Of a stretch of 64,000 nt of DNA, positions 22,436 through 35,056 are shown one piece after another. The position numbers and the translations under genes were made by a program. How positions within the stretch are numbered: position 1 is the first letter of the stretch; each line of letters starts with the position of its first letter. The notes beneath the pieces are model-generated. The model was not told where the DNA came from and did no database searches. It saw only the letters and a program-made list of their open reading frames with translations. Origin of the DNA: Oligoflexia bacterium (GTDB lineage: Bacteria > Bdellovibrionota > Bdellovibrionia > JABDDW01); assembly GCA_043732305.1 (NCBI GenBank), contig JAYTHU010000075.1:12849-76848 (forward strand). The letters are read 5' to 3'.

Positions 22436-22590
22436 CGGCCGCGGCCAATTAAACCTGAAGCCATAAATTGAAAACCTCAAAACTAACAAAAATTGCAACT
22501 CCTACACGTAAAGGTGACGTTTTTGCGTCTTTTGGCACCGGTAGATTTGCTACTATAGCGAAATTAGAGCTTCACGAGAAAATATCCTAG

Positions 22591-22605
22591 TGGCAGAGTT
22601 TTTGC
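22591..22605 (+). promoter_or_regulatory. sigma54 -24/-12 promoter
   Basis: TGGCAGAGTTTTTGC about 50 bp upstream of the lipoprotein gene. Confidence 0.6.
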
Positions 22606-22654
22606 TTTTACTATCTGTGATATAAATTTACGAATTCGTAATAGAGGAGTGAAA

Positions 22655-23317
22655 ATGCGTTTTTCAAATTTTGTTGTGATAGGTCTCATCGCCGTTGGTT
22701 CAATAAATTGTGCTCCAACTGGCAGCAAGCCTTCCCCATCCTCTAACACCTCTGTCAAAGACAAAGCCGCGACGATCCCCTCTCAACAAACCAATAGCGA
22801 GTCCGATTCTGGAGACAGCAATAAAGATTCCTCAGGAAATGCAGTAGACACTTCGACGAATACGGATAGACATGTGCAGGTCACATACAGTTTGCCAGCT
22901 GAGCCAGAGAAGACAGGTATTGAACCTGCAGTGCCCCTTTTTAACTCTCAAGTTTTTGAACGCTCCATTCTCACTTCCGACAACTCAACTGTCCGCGATT
23001 CTTTTTGTGCTTTAGTGACGAACAATAATTCTTCAGTTTTAACTTTTGATTATAAGGAATTATTTGGCGACGATGGCTTGGCTGCAAAAACGGCACAAAC
23101 AACTTTGACGATTCATTTCAGCAATATTAAATTTGACCAATCCAAAGACAAGGAAGACGTCACTAGCACTGTAGTTCATGACATTTCGTACTATGATGCC
23201 GTAAAAGCTAACCATGTGTCTGTGGATTTTGAACCAAACTGTAGTTTGGCAATCCATAGAATGAAGGATATGATTAGGATTCAGGGTTCCTGCACGTCTA
23301 TGACGGTGTTCAAGTAA
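22655..23317 (+). CDS. Hypothetical lipoprotein, possibly truncated (frame continues to 23407 past two TAA)
   Basis: Lipobox-like GSINC, Ser/Asp linker, Cys-containing domain. Confidence 0.7.
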   Translation: MRFSNFVVIGLIAVGSINCAPTGSKPSPSSNTSVKDKAATIPSQQTNSESDSGDSNKDSSGNAVDTSTNTDRHVQVTYSLPAEPEKTGIEPAVPLFNSQVFERSILTSDNSTVRDSFCALVTNNNSSVLTFDYKELFGDDGLAAKTAQTTLTIHFSNIKFDQSKDKEDVTSTVVHDISYYDAVKANHVSVDFEPNCSLAIHRMKDMIRIQGSCTSMTVFK

Positions 23318-23407
23318 TATCCTTAAATTGCCACCAATGCGAGCCCCCAAGATTTCGCTACATCAATCAGCGACTTAAAGATAGAAGCCGATTGTCAACT
23401 CAAGTGA

Positions 23408-26177
<2,770 letters not shown>

Positions 26178-26348
26178 TTTTTAATGGTTTAAACCTCGGG
26201 TGTCTAGTTTGAAATGCCACTGATTTGTGGAATCGCCATTGGGACTTGCAGATCTAAATGCTGCATTAAGTCAAATCCTAGAACCAAGCTTCCCTAGCCA
26301 ACTTTGGCGTTTCCATGCTAACTTTTATTTAATTTCAACCTTGGGGGA

Positions 26349-27089
26349 ATGAAAATGAAAACGATCGCGCTCGGTATGTTATCAACATTTCTTTGTTTAA
26401 GCCAAACTACACATGCGGCAATTCCGCTCGCTTTTGCTCGAACGCAAGTACACATTAACCCGACAATACATTATGAGAAATCATTCACCGCTGATGGCCA
26501 CTACGTTTTGGTCAAGCCAGTTCTAGATCAAAATGCGGGATTTCTAAATGCCCTTGAATTAAACACTGAGATTTCTAAAATCACGATTTCAGAAAACGAT
26601 ATTCGAAGACTAGCGGCTAGCTACACACCTCATTGTGCTAAGTATATTCAAATCATCAGTGTTGATTTTCTCTCAAACCAAAGAATGATCGTAAATGATA
26701 TGAGGCACCTCCATTGCGGAAGTGATAGTCAGAATCATGACGTCAAACAATTTGTGGCAACCGGTGTGAAACCGATTGATCTCACTATTGCGGACAATAT
26801 TTCCATGAGTGGATTTGAGTTTGTTAAAAAGGTGATTGCGAATGCCGTGAATGAAAACAATGGCGTGCCAGCAAATCTTCCTCATTTCATAACTCAGGAT
26901 GTGAGATTAGATGTCATGACCGCCACTAACAAGGAAATGAAATTTTATCCTATGTTGCCAGCTGGAATTGAAAGATCGGATTGGGCCGCGAGCCTCAGTT
27001 ACGAAACTATGAAGCCATTTTTACTACCTCACGCGCCAGTGCTAAAATTGCTCAACGAAGCAAATATTTTAGATTTAGAGAAAAATTAA
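26349..27089 (+). CDS. Secreted hypothetical protein, weakly DUF3298/RsiV-like C-terminus
   Basis: Signal peptide ending THA; C-terminal ...LSYETMKPFL. Confidence 0.6.
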   Translation: MKMKTIALGMLSTFLCLSQTTHAAIPLAFARTQVHINPTIHYEKSFTADGHYVLVKPVLDQNAGFLNALELNTEISKITISENDIRRLAASYTPHCAKYIQIISVDFLSNQRMIVNDMRHLHCGSDSQNHDVKQFVATGVKPIDLTIADNISMSGFEFVKKVIANAVNENNGVPANLPHFITQDVRLDVMTATNKEMKFYPMLPAGIERSDWAASLSYETMKPFLLPHAPVLKLLNEANILDLEKN

Positions 27090-28165
27090 GCGGCAAAAGG
27101 CTTTGGGACGGCAAATTTGTCGCGGCCAAAGGGAATTTTCTGCGCTTCTATCTCGTCAATAAATGTAGGAATCTCACCCGTCAATTTTGAGTTTTTGAAA
27201 ATATCCACAACGTTATACGTTTTGTCCGCGTTCATGCCGCGCACTTCAGAAATATGTGTGACTTTTCTCGAACCATCGGGGAAGCGAGAAATTTGAAGAA
27301 CGATTTGCACTGCGGAAGAAATCTGCTGCCTTATAGCTTGCTCACCTACTCGAGAATCTGCACTCATGGCCAAAGTTTCAAGTCGCACCAGAGAATCAGA
27401 AGGACTATTAGAATGGATTGTACCTAAGCATCCTTGATGACCAGTATTCATGGCATTGATGAGTTCAACGGCTTCTTCTCCCCGAACTTCACCCACGATG
27501 ATGCGGTCAGGCCTCAAACGCAAACTGCTCTTTAGCAAATCACGCATGTTCACTTCGCCTTTACCCTCTTCATTTGGAAGTTTGGTTTCAAACCGAACGA
27601 CGTGTTCGTAATCTAAAGTCAACTCACTCGAGTCTTCAATTAAAATCACTCGCTGGTTTTTAGGAATACGGCTTGAAAGTAAACTCAGTAGAGTCGTTTT
27701 TCCGGAACCGGTTCCTCCGCTGATCAAGATATTTTTTCCCAGAAACATACAAACATCTAAAAATTGAGCTGCTTCTAAACTCATTGAACCAAATTTTATG
27801 TACTCAGGAAATGTGATTTTTTGTTTCATAAATTTTCGAATACTCACCACTGTTCCATTGCGAGAACACGGAGGAAATACCGCGTGAATTCGCGAACCAT
27901 CTGGCAAACGTGCGTCTAACGCCGGCTCGTCTTTTGAAATTCGGCGTCCAACACTTTGAGCAATATTATGAACAGCCGCTTGAAGTGCGTCTTCACCGCT
28001 AAATTGCGCATCGGTTTTTTCTAGCTTGCCTTTGCGTTCGATGAAAATCTCATGAGGTCCGTTGATTAAAATTTCACTGACGGAAGTATCAGTTAAAAAT
28101 GGCATGACCGGTCCAAGAAAACTTTGGATCGCTAGGGCAAATACACTTTCTTGCGAGTCATTCAT
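27086..28165 (-). CDS. cpaF: CpaF/TadA pilus assembly ATPase
   Basis: [34 protein letters not shown]. Confidence 0.93.
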   Translation of the reverse strand: MNDSQESVFALAIQSFLGPVMPFLTDTSVSEILINGPHEIFIERKGKLEKTDAQFSGEDALQAAVHNIAQSVGRRISKDEPALDARLPDGSRIHAVFPPCSRNGTVVSIRKFMKQKITFPEYIKFGSMSLEAAQFLDVCMFLGKNILISGGTGSGKTTLLSLLSSRIPKNQRVILIEDSSELTLDYEHVVRFETKLPNEEGKGEVNMRDLLKSSLRLRPDRIIVGEVRGEEAVELINAMNTGHQGCLGTIHSNSPSDSLVRLETLAMSADSRVGEQAIRQQISSAVQIVLQISRFPDGSRKVTHISEVRGMNADKTYNVVDIFKNSKLTGEIPTFIDEIEAQKIPFGRDKFAVPKPFAA

Positions 28166-28185
28166 ATCGTTACCTCTGGCATTAT

Positions 28186-28743
28186 TTAGTCACCCTGAGA
28201 AGCCGTCGAGCGGTCTTTGCCGACGGGAGGAGAAGAGGGCCCGTAAACTACCATTTTTCCAGATGAGTTTGTTTCGGGGCACTGAAATTCAAAGACCCCT
28301 TCTTTTTCTGGATCGAGCTTGAAAGTTTTTGTGTCCCCGTAAAATGTTGAATGATGCTGATTAAAAGCATCGAGCATGAAGCTGACATTTTTATTTTGTT
28401 TGTTCACATTCACGACGTGAATCAGATAGTGCATGTTTTTTCGGAATCGCACATTACTAGGAACAAATCCATGATCTGTATTCATGATCACAACTTCTTG
28501 GCGATCCACATTGCCCCAATCACGCTCGTGACTGGCGTGACTTACAAATTCGCCCATGCGCGCGTCGGTGGATTTTGGGTCAATGGATTTTACATCTCTG
28601 ACTTTAGCGTCGGGCACAACAGTTGAGACAGTGGGATCACTGGCAGGCTGTCTAGTTCGTCTCGAAAAATCAACTTCGATGGCTTGCGCTGTTTCAAATA
28701 GAAACATCGTCATAAACGCGAGCATTGAGATTTTTAAAAACAT
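28186..28743 (-). CDS. Secreted cupredoxin-like domain protein
   Basis: Signal peptide after AAGGGG RBS; GFVPS...F.LDPEKEGVFEFQCP. Confidence 0.7.
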   Translation of the reverse strand: MFLKISMLAFMTMFLFETAQAIEVDFSRRTRQPASDPTVSTVVPDAKVRDVKSIDPKSTDARMGEFVSHASHERDWGNVDRQEVVIMNTDHGFVPSNVRFRKNMHYLIHVVNVNKQNKNVSFMLDAFNQHHSTFYGDTKTFKLDPEKEGVFEFQCPETNSSGKMVVYGPSSPPVGKDRSTASQGD

Positions 28744-28756
28744 GCGAGAACCCCTT

Positions 28757-29038
28757 TTAGTGAATAGTTTCTTGTCGCTCATGGAATGCAGCCATTTCTC
28801 TTGCCACTTCAATAACCAAAGCTTCAATCACAGGCTGAGAAAGACTTTCTAAGTATTGACGAATTTCTTTTAAAGAATGAATACGATTTAATTTTTGAAT
28901 AGCGGTGCTTACATCGGTCCAACTCTCGCCGGCTTTTTTGTAAAGGTCCGTCCAATTTTTTTCTAACATCGGTTCGATCATGCCCAATTCATAGAGCGCA
29001 GTGAAAACCCGATCTAAATCTCCTGATAAAAAATCCAT
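28757..29038 (-). CDS. Hypothetical protein
   Basis: GGGGTGGAG RBS, helical 93-aa ORF in operon with cupredoxin and cpaF. Confidence 0.7.
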   Translation of the reverse strand: MDFLSGDLDRVFTALYELGMIEPMLEKNWTDLYKKAGESWTDVSTAIQKLNRIHSLKEIRQYLESLSQPVIEALVIEVAREMAAFHERQETIH

Positions 29039-29087
29039 GACTCCACCCCCTACTACTCTTTCGTCGGTGGCGGGCTAAGTCTAAAGT

Positions 29088-29120
29088 AAAAAAAAACCGC
29101 TGGACCATTTGATCCAGCGG
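29088..29120 (-). terminator. Intrinsic terminator
   Basis: CCGCTGGA..TCCAGCGG followed by T9 on the minus strand. Confidence 0.85.
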
Positions 29121-29162
29121 CTTCATGACTAAGGTCTTGTTACACGTTCTTGCACGGTCTTA

Positions 29163-30875
29163 TTATTTAACTTGCACACCCTTCGGAGGGTTTTTCATCT
29201 GTTGATCAACACGAGCATTAAACTCGTTCACAAAGTCCTGCGCATCTTCCAAAGGCAAAGATACGGTGACTCCAGCGCGACAATCCCCTGGTTTGGAGGA
29301 ATTGACTTTGAAATAAACCAATTGTTGATCATCGGAACTATTGTCCATCACTCTTTGAGCAAGTTTCAAAGTAGCCCCGTGACTAAGATCACAACCGTCT
29401 TGAGTGGCTTGATCGGTAGCTGTTTTATCTTCATCAACAAAGAAAACATATTTCATGTCGTTGAGAATTCCGCCATTGTCAGTGACTAATGGGACAGATT
29501 GGCCAGTGCTGTTGATTGCTAATGCTTGTTGCCGAGCTTGATCGGCCAATTGCTTTGACATAGCAGCGGCATCAGCGCGAGCGGCAGCAGCATCAGCTTG
29601 TGCTTGCGCGGCATTGTACTGAGCTTGTTGAGCAGAAGCTTCTGCATTTGCGGCATCCGCTTGTGCTCGAGCAACTTCTTGCTGTTGTTCTAAATAATAG
29701 GATTCAGCAATCGCGTCACTGGAGTACTCCCAGTAATTGACATAATTAACTCGAGGAACAAACCAACACATCCCCAAACAAGCAGATACAATGGGAATCG
29801 GTGTGTAGTAATAACCACGAGCGCGCCAATCAGAATCATAAGGCTGCCATGTATTCACGTAAAGGGAAGCTGCGATTGCACCCACCACTACGCCGGTCAA
29901 AAAACCGCGCTCGAATGAGCTAGATCGATATGAGTAATAAGGACGATCATGATAATTATTGATATTGTAATTGTTAATAATAGTTATGTTATTTCTCTGA
30001 ACCACACGGACCACGGTGTTATTGTGAGCATTATAAGTCTCTGAATAATTCACACCACGTCTCGAATCTTGACTACTTCGCAACTGAATACCGTTGTTGG
30101 TACTGGTGACTTTATTGACAGCTACTGGATTACCTTGAGAGTTAAAATGAGTGCTGGTTTTTTCAATTTCACCATTGCTTTGATGAACAGTTTCACTTTT
30201 CTCTACAACCCTACCGGAAGCATTTAATTTCTCGCTGCCGACAAACTGACCACTCGAATTGCGGATTTGTCTTGATCCTCCAACAATGTTTCCTCCGGCA
30301 TCGAGTTTCACTCGATTGTCGCCTTGCTGAATGACTTGACCGCCGTCCTTAGTATTTCTTGCTGTAGCAGTCTTGGAAGTGTCGATAAATTTACCGGCAT
30401 GCTCATTGTTCACGAGTGGGCTATGTTTCACATCCACTTCGCGAGTTTGCGCCGGCTGAATTTTCGGCTGCTCTATATGAACGTAGGGCTGTGGTCTCGG
30501 CTGTTGAACTTGTGGTTGAACTTGCGCTTGGCTGTTTCCGTTATTTCCACGCGGAACAGGTTCGATTGTTTTGTGACCATAATCAGGTTGAGTCGTCACT
30601 TGCGCTGGCTGACGACTTTCCCGTCGCGCAGGCTCTTGATGTACGGGTTCTTGACGCTGCACTGGCGGGGCAGGACGGCTGGCAACTGGTGGAGGAGTTT
30701 GTGGAGGAGTTTGTGGACGAGGTCGTTCGACAGCTCGAGGCTGCTCTTGTCGAGGCGCAGGTGCGGCGGAGTGAGAAGGTTCAGCACTTTCTTTTTCGTG
30801 GGCAAAAGCGGAACTAGACATTGTCAGTGCTAAAGCACCAACCATACTCATGGCCAATAATCTTTGTTTAAACAT
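29163..30875 (-). CDS. Secreted multi-domain hypothetical protein (Pro/Gln-rich region, beta-repeat, TM-like segment, Ala/Gln coil, 2-Cys C-terminal domain)
   Basis: GAGGAG RBS, signal peptide AFA, own promoter and terminator. Confidence 0.8.
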   Translation of the reverse strand: MFKQRLLAMSMVGALALTMSSSAFAHEKESAEPSHSAAPAPRQEQPRAVERPRPQTPPQTPPPVASRPAPPVQRQEPVHQEPARRESRQPAQVTTQPDYGHKTIEPVPRGNNGNSQAQVQPQVQQPRPQPYVHIEQPKIQPAQTREVDVKHSPLVNNEHAGKFIDTSKTATARNTKDGGQVIQQGDNRVKLDAGGNIVGGSRQIRNSSGQFVGSEKLNASGRVVEKSETVHQSNGEIEKTSTHFNSQGNPVAVNKVTSTNNGIQLRSSQDSRRGVNYSETYNAHNNTVVRVVQRNNITIINNYNINNYHDRPYYSYRSSSFERGFLTGVVVGAIAASLYVNTWQPYDSDWRARGYYYTPIPIVSACLGMCWFVPRVNYVNYWEYSSDAIAESYYLEQQQEVARAQADAANAEASAQQAQYNAAQAQADAAAARADAAAMSKQLADQARQQALAINSTGQSVPLVTDNGGILNDMKYVFFVDEDKTATDQATQDGCDLSHGATLKLAQRVMDNSSDDQQLVYFKVNSSKPGDCRAGVTVSLPLEDAQDFVNEFNARVDQQMKNPPKGVQVK

Positions 30876-30928
30876 CAGTATTTCTCCTCAGCATTTGGTT
30901 TAAAAACACTCGGTCGCTAAACCAAAAA

Positions 30929-30943
30929 GCAAATTTTGTGCCC
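30929..30943 (-). promoter_or_regulatory. sigma54 -24/-12 promoter
   Basis: GGGCACAAAATTTGC (GG-N10-GC) about 55 bp upstream of ATG. Confidence 0.6.
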
Positions 30944-31029
30944 GAAAATTTGAAAAAAAAACGATGAAAACCGCTACCGCAATAGCTCTAGAAGGATTAG
31001 TGTGACAGGATTTTTAAGGTGGGAAATTA

Positions 31030-31068
31030 ATTCCAACAGCCCGGATGATTTTCCAGAGCTGTTGGAAT
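31030..31068 (-). terminator. Hairpin downstream of phoH
   Basis: ATTCCAACAGC...GCTGTTGGAAT 11-bp stem. Confidence 0.55.
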
Positions 31069-31078
31069 CTTAAACGAG

Positions 31079-32410
31079 TTACAATAAATTCGCGGCCAAT
31101 TCAGCAAGCTCCGAACGCTCACCCTTAGTCAAAGTCACGTGAGCAGCAATCGCTTCATCTTTGAAGCGCTCGACCACGTAAGCCAGACCGTTATTTGCAG
31201 AGTCAACGTAAGGATTATCAATCTGGTAACAGTCACCGGTCAAAACAACTTTTGTTCCCTGGCCTGCGCGAGTGATGATCGTCTTGATTTCATGAGGCGT
31301 GAGATTCTGTGCTTCATCCACAATCAAATATTGGTGAGGGATGCTTCGTCCACGAATATAAGTCAAAGGCTCGATGTTGAGCATCCCTTGATTTATCAAT
31401 TCTTGCGCACGCCCCGCCGCACGTTTTTGATTGGTGCCAGAGCCTAGCAAATACTCGATGTTGTCAAACACGGGCTGCATCCAAGGATTTAATTTTTCTT
31501 CAACGTCACCGGGCAAATATCCAATGTCTCGGCCCATTGGGAAAATTGGACGACTGACAAGCAGTCTATGAAATTTTCCTTCATCCAATGTTTTGGATAA
31601 TCCTGCAGCCAATGCCAACAAAGTTTTTCCGGTGCCGGCTTTTCCGACGAGCGAAACAAGTTTGATGTCATCGTTGAGTAAACAATCGAGAGCGAAACTT
31701 TGCTCCACATTGCGAGGGAAAATTCCCCAGACGTTGTCGGTAGGCTTGATCAGTGGCACGGCCATTTTGGTAGCAAAGTTGTATCGAGCAATTGCACTGT
31801 GATTAGGATTGGCCGCGTCCTTAAGCAAAATATATTGATTAGGGCTGATTTGCGAATCAGTGATTGGCATTTGCTTGTCAGCATAGAAACTATCGATCGC
31901 ATCAGAGGTGACTTCATACTCCGTGACACCGCTGAATAAATCCTCAATGTCCACTTTCTGAGGCTCATAATCGGTTGCCACAATACCCATGACATCCGCT
32001 TTGATGCGGAGGTTAGTGTCTTTTGTGACGAGAGTAGTTTGGGCTCCGCCCTTTTCTTTTTGCAAACGCATGGCCAACGCCAAAATTCGGTTGTCGACTT
32101 TTTCTCCGTCGAGTCCACCAGGCAAACCTTGAGTGTCATTGTCTAGATTAACAAAAACGGTGCTGTTGGTTCGATCCAAAAGAACGCCCTTACTCAGAGC
32201 TCCCTTGCTTCTCAACACATCAACAAATCTTGAAAACTGACGAGCATTGCGGCCGTTTTCACCAAGATCTTTTTTGAATCGATCCATTTCTTCAATAACA
32301 GAAATCGGAATGATCACGTCACTGTTAGCAAACTTGTAAATAGCTTGTGGATCGAAAAGAATAACGTTGGTGTCTAAGACGAATCGTTTTTTAACTGTTG
32401 TTTTGCTCAA
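31079..32410 (-). CDS. phoH: PIN + PhoH ATPase (PhoH2)
   Basis: VLDTNV PIN domain, GKAGTGKT, GYLPG, IRGRS, DEAQN. Confidence 0.93.
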   Translation of the reverse strand: MSKTTVKKRFVLDTNVILFDPQAIYKFANSDVIIPISVIEEMDRFKKDLGENGRNARQFSRFVDVLRSKGALSKGVLLDRTNSTVFVNLDNDTQGLPGGLDGEKVDNRILALAMRLQKEKGGAQTTLVTKDTNLRIKADVMGIVATDYEPQKVDIEDLFSGVTEYEVTSDAIDSFYADKQMPITDSQISPNQYILLKDAANPNHSAIARYNFATKMAVPLIKPTDNVWGIFPRNVEQSFALDCLLNDDIKLVSLVGKAGTGKTLLALAAGLSKTLDEGKFHRLLVSRPIFPMGRDIGYLPGDVEEKLNPWMQPVFDNIEYLLGSGTNQKRAAGRAQELINQGMLNIEPLTYIRGRSIPHQYLIVDEAQNLTPHEIKTIITRAGQGTKVVLTGDCYQIDNPYVDSANNGLAYVVERFKDEAIAAHVTLTKGERSELAELAANLL

Positions 32411-32506
32411 TCTTTTGTCCCCCTTAGATACGTGTATTTACGCATCCTTGGGTTAATTATGGACAAGAGCCTAGGTTCAATTCAAGTGATTTATTTGTTA
32501 AAAAGC

Positions 32507-33043
32507 TTAATCGACCCGTCCGGAAATCTTCTCGCCTTTATCTTTCTTAGCGGTCGAAGAAACAGTTTCCAAGAAACGGACAAAGTGATACAGGGCTTCT
32601 TCAGAAGAATGGGCCGCTTTTTTGAAACTCGATCCATGGCGCACAACCCCTTGATGAGGAATCTCGCGGACATTGGCAATTTTTGCGGAGAAACTGAAAT
32701 AGGTTTCATGACTGATGTAAATTCTCAGAGTTACCAATTCATCACGGTTGAATGATCCAACATCTTTTGCCATGTCGAACGCTAAACCAGAGGTGGAAAT
32801 ATCAAATATATGAATGGGTTGCAAAATGCCTTCGCCGATCACAGCGAACACTCCAACAAATTGTGACAAAACAGTGCGAGTCACATTGCGTCTGTCTTCG
32901 TCTGATTTCTCAGATTTCCTGTCGCTGAAACTTATGACTTCGCCGCCACCCGTTTCTTCAAATGGATTCTTCGCAGGTTCATTTTTATTAGGTGCTTGCT
33001 TGCCAAATCTTGAAGTCAGATCAATCACATTGTTTTTGCTCAT
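32507..33043 (-). CDS. PilZ-domain c-di-GMP receptor
   Basis: RxxxR (RNVTR) and DxSxxG (DISTSG). Confidence 0.8.
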   Translation of the reverse strand: MSKNNVIDLTSRFGKQAPNKNEPAKNPFEETGGGEVISFSDRKSEKSDEDRRNVTRTVLSQFVGVFAVIGEGILQPIHIFDISTSGLAFDMAKDVGSFNRDELVTLRIYISHETYFSFSAKIANVREIPHQGVVRHGSSFKKAAHSSEEALYHFVRFLETVSSTAKKDKGEKISGRVD

Positions 33044-33064
33044 TTTGTGCCCGCCTATGATCTT

Positions 33065-33091
33065 TTTTCGGCATAACCTATCAACTCTTTA
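33065..33091 (-). promoter_or_regulatory. sigma28 (FliA) promoter
   Basis: TAAAGAGT-N11-GCCGAAAA. Confidence 0.7.
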
Positions 33092-33137
33092 GGCACTTTT
33101 CTTGATTCTGGACGTTGGCCGAGCTATCCTTTTTGCT

Positions 33138-34019
33138 ATGACCGCTTGGCGCTTTCTATTTTTCAGCTTAATAGTCCATTTGATCTTTTGGCTATTCATG
33201 TCCAAACACGCGGAATTTTTAAAGCAGAAGAAAGAAAATCTGCCCATCGAAGTGTCGATTATCGATAAGAAAAACCCTTCCTCGAAACCAACCCAAATGG
33301 CTCCGGCACTTCCAAAATCTCTACCTAAAAATCTTGAGCCTGCACTCCCTAAATATTTCAGCGATAAAGATCAATATGTTCAAAAACAAACTCACGCCAA
33401 AAACCTGCAGCTCTATAATCCCATTTCCCCTTCGATTATGGGATCAGATTTAAACGCCAAAGATCAAAAGCCGTCAGATCAGGGCAATAAGCCTGATGAG
33501 CAAAAATCTCAAGACGATTCAAAAAACAATTCTGACGACGGGGTCACGTTTAAAAAATCAACGCAAGGCGGGCGTAAGTCTGAAGCGGCGGTGGCATCGG
33601 ACCCTTTGCTTTATGAAGATGCGGATGTGGGTTCAATCACAGCACTCAATGCTCAAGGTGTACAATTTTATGCATTCACCAGTCGCATTCAGGGATCCAT
33701 CGTGAATCACTGGGTGAGTAACCTTCACTTTTATGAAAGCCGTTTGACCAGATCAGACGTAGACAAACTTGCCGGCAATTCTTGGACAACAGTAGTGGAC
33801 GTCATTTTGGATTCTGAAGGTCATCTCAAAAATATAATCATCGGCCGCTCGTCCGGCATCCGAGAAGTGGATGATGCCGTGACCAACACCTTTAAACAAA
33901 TTTCATACTTCCCCAATCCACCCCGTGAGATGGTCGAAGCCGACCACACCGTGCACCTTCAATACGCCTTTCGACTCGACGTCACCTCCGCCCGCCAAAT
34001 GGCCGCCCCAAAATTCTAG
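33138..34019 (+). CDS. TonB/TolA-family energy transducer
   Basis: TM with SLIVH motif; C-terminal TonB_C (SSG..EVDDA...FPNPP). Confidence 0.85.
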   Translation: MTAWRFLFFSLIVHLIFWLFMSKHAEFLKQKKENLPIEVSIIDKKNPSSKPTQMAPALPKSLPKNLEPALPKYFSDKDQYVQKQTHAKNLQLYNPISPSIMGSDLNAKDQKPSDQGNKPDEQKSQDDSKNNSDDGVTFKKSTQGGRKSEAAVASDPLLYEDADVGSITALNAQGVQFYAFTSRIQGSIVNHWVSNLHFYESRLTRSDVDKLAGNSWTTVVDVILDSEGHLKNIIIGRSSGIREVDDAVTNTFKQISYFPNPPREMVEADHTVHLQYAFRLDVTSARQMAAPKF

Positions 34020-34194
34020 TCTTTCTCTCAAGTTGTTGATGAACACTCCTTTGGAGCATAGTTAAGAACTATAGCCGTTCTTTAATATTTATTCATCGAA
34101 CTTTGATACCGTCCGTGCGCTGGAAATCAACAACAATTATACCATAGCTCACATTATTTATTGCAGCATCACAAAAAGACTAGTACAAAGAGTA

Positions 34195-34782
34195 ATGAAT
34201 AAAAGTAGACGACCCAAGAAGAGAAAAACGCGAGTGCAAAAGCATGGGCAACAAAAATTTGTGGGAGTAGGCTTCAGCAATCAAAGCTTCTTTGGTGGAT
34301 CTCTCACAACAAAAAGAGCACATCGAACAGCAAGGCCACTTTCGACTAAATATCCAATCCATGTCATTTTGAGATCATCTCAAGCCCAGGGTGTGAAATC
34401 ATTCTGGCATAAAGGAAATAAGGAATTTATAAAACAAGCACTCAAGAAATACTCAAAACGTTGGAGCATCGAGGTTTTGAGCTGTGCCAATGTAGGAAAT
34501 CATATTCACCTTCTCATAAAACTGAGTCATCGCTACTCCTATGAAAAATTCATCAAAAGTCTGACCGGCGCAATCAGCCTAAGGCTTACCAAGTGGAATA
34601 AAAATCGTGGCGAACGTGGTGAAAAATTCTGGGACTTCAAACCTTACACCAGATTGATCATTGGCTTTTTTGCCAAATTAAGAATGCAAGATTATATGGA
34701 CATTAATCAACTTGAGGGGCCAGAAGTCAAACGCCTCGAAGCGCGAATGATTTTGGAAAACTTGAAATTCAGTTCCGGGTAA
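34195..34782 (+). mobile_element. Y1/HUH transposase, RAYT/IS200-like
   Basis: HVILRS, GNHIHLL (HUH), FW..KP.TR and candidate catalytic Tyr in DYMDIN. Confidence 0.8.
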
Positions 34783-35056
34783 TTTAAGACAAAAATTTGC
34801 TTTCGAAATGAAATCTTGGAGAGAGAAATTTCGGGACCTGATTTTCGAAGTAGATCTTTAGAAGCGGAATTAACTTGAGAAAAGCTGTTGCTTAAAACAT
34901 GCCGATGGGATTTGGCGGCTTCAGCATTATATATTATTGAGGTTTTTGACCCAGATTCGCAATACAGCACTTCGACCAGACTAAACTTCAGCCTAGCTTT
35001 TTTGCCAATAAAGATCTGGTCTCTACCACCATGGAAATCCGCGCTAAAATAAAAGC

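Noticed and set aside
34041..34080. Known riboswitch upstream of the transposase
   Set aside because: Small hairpins are present but I recognise no aptamer consensus
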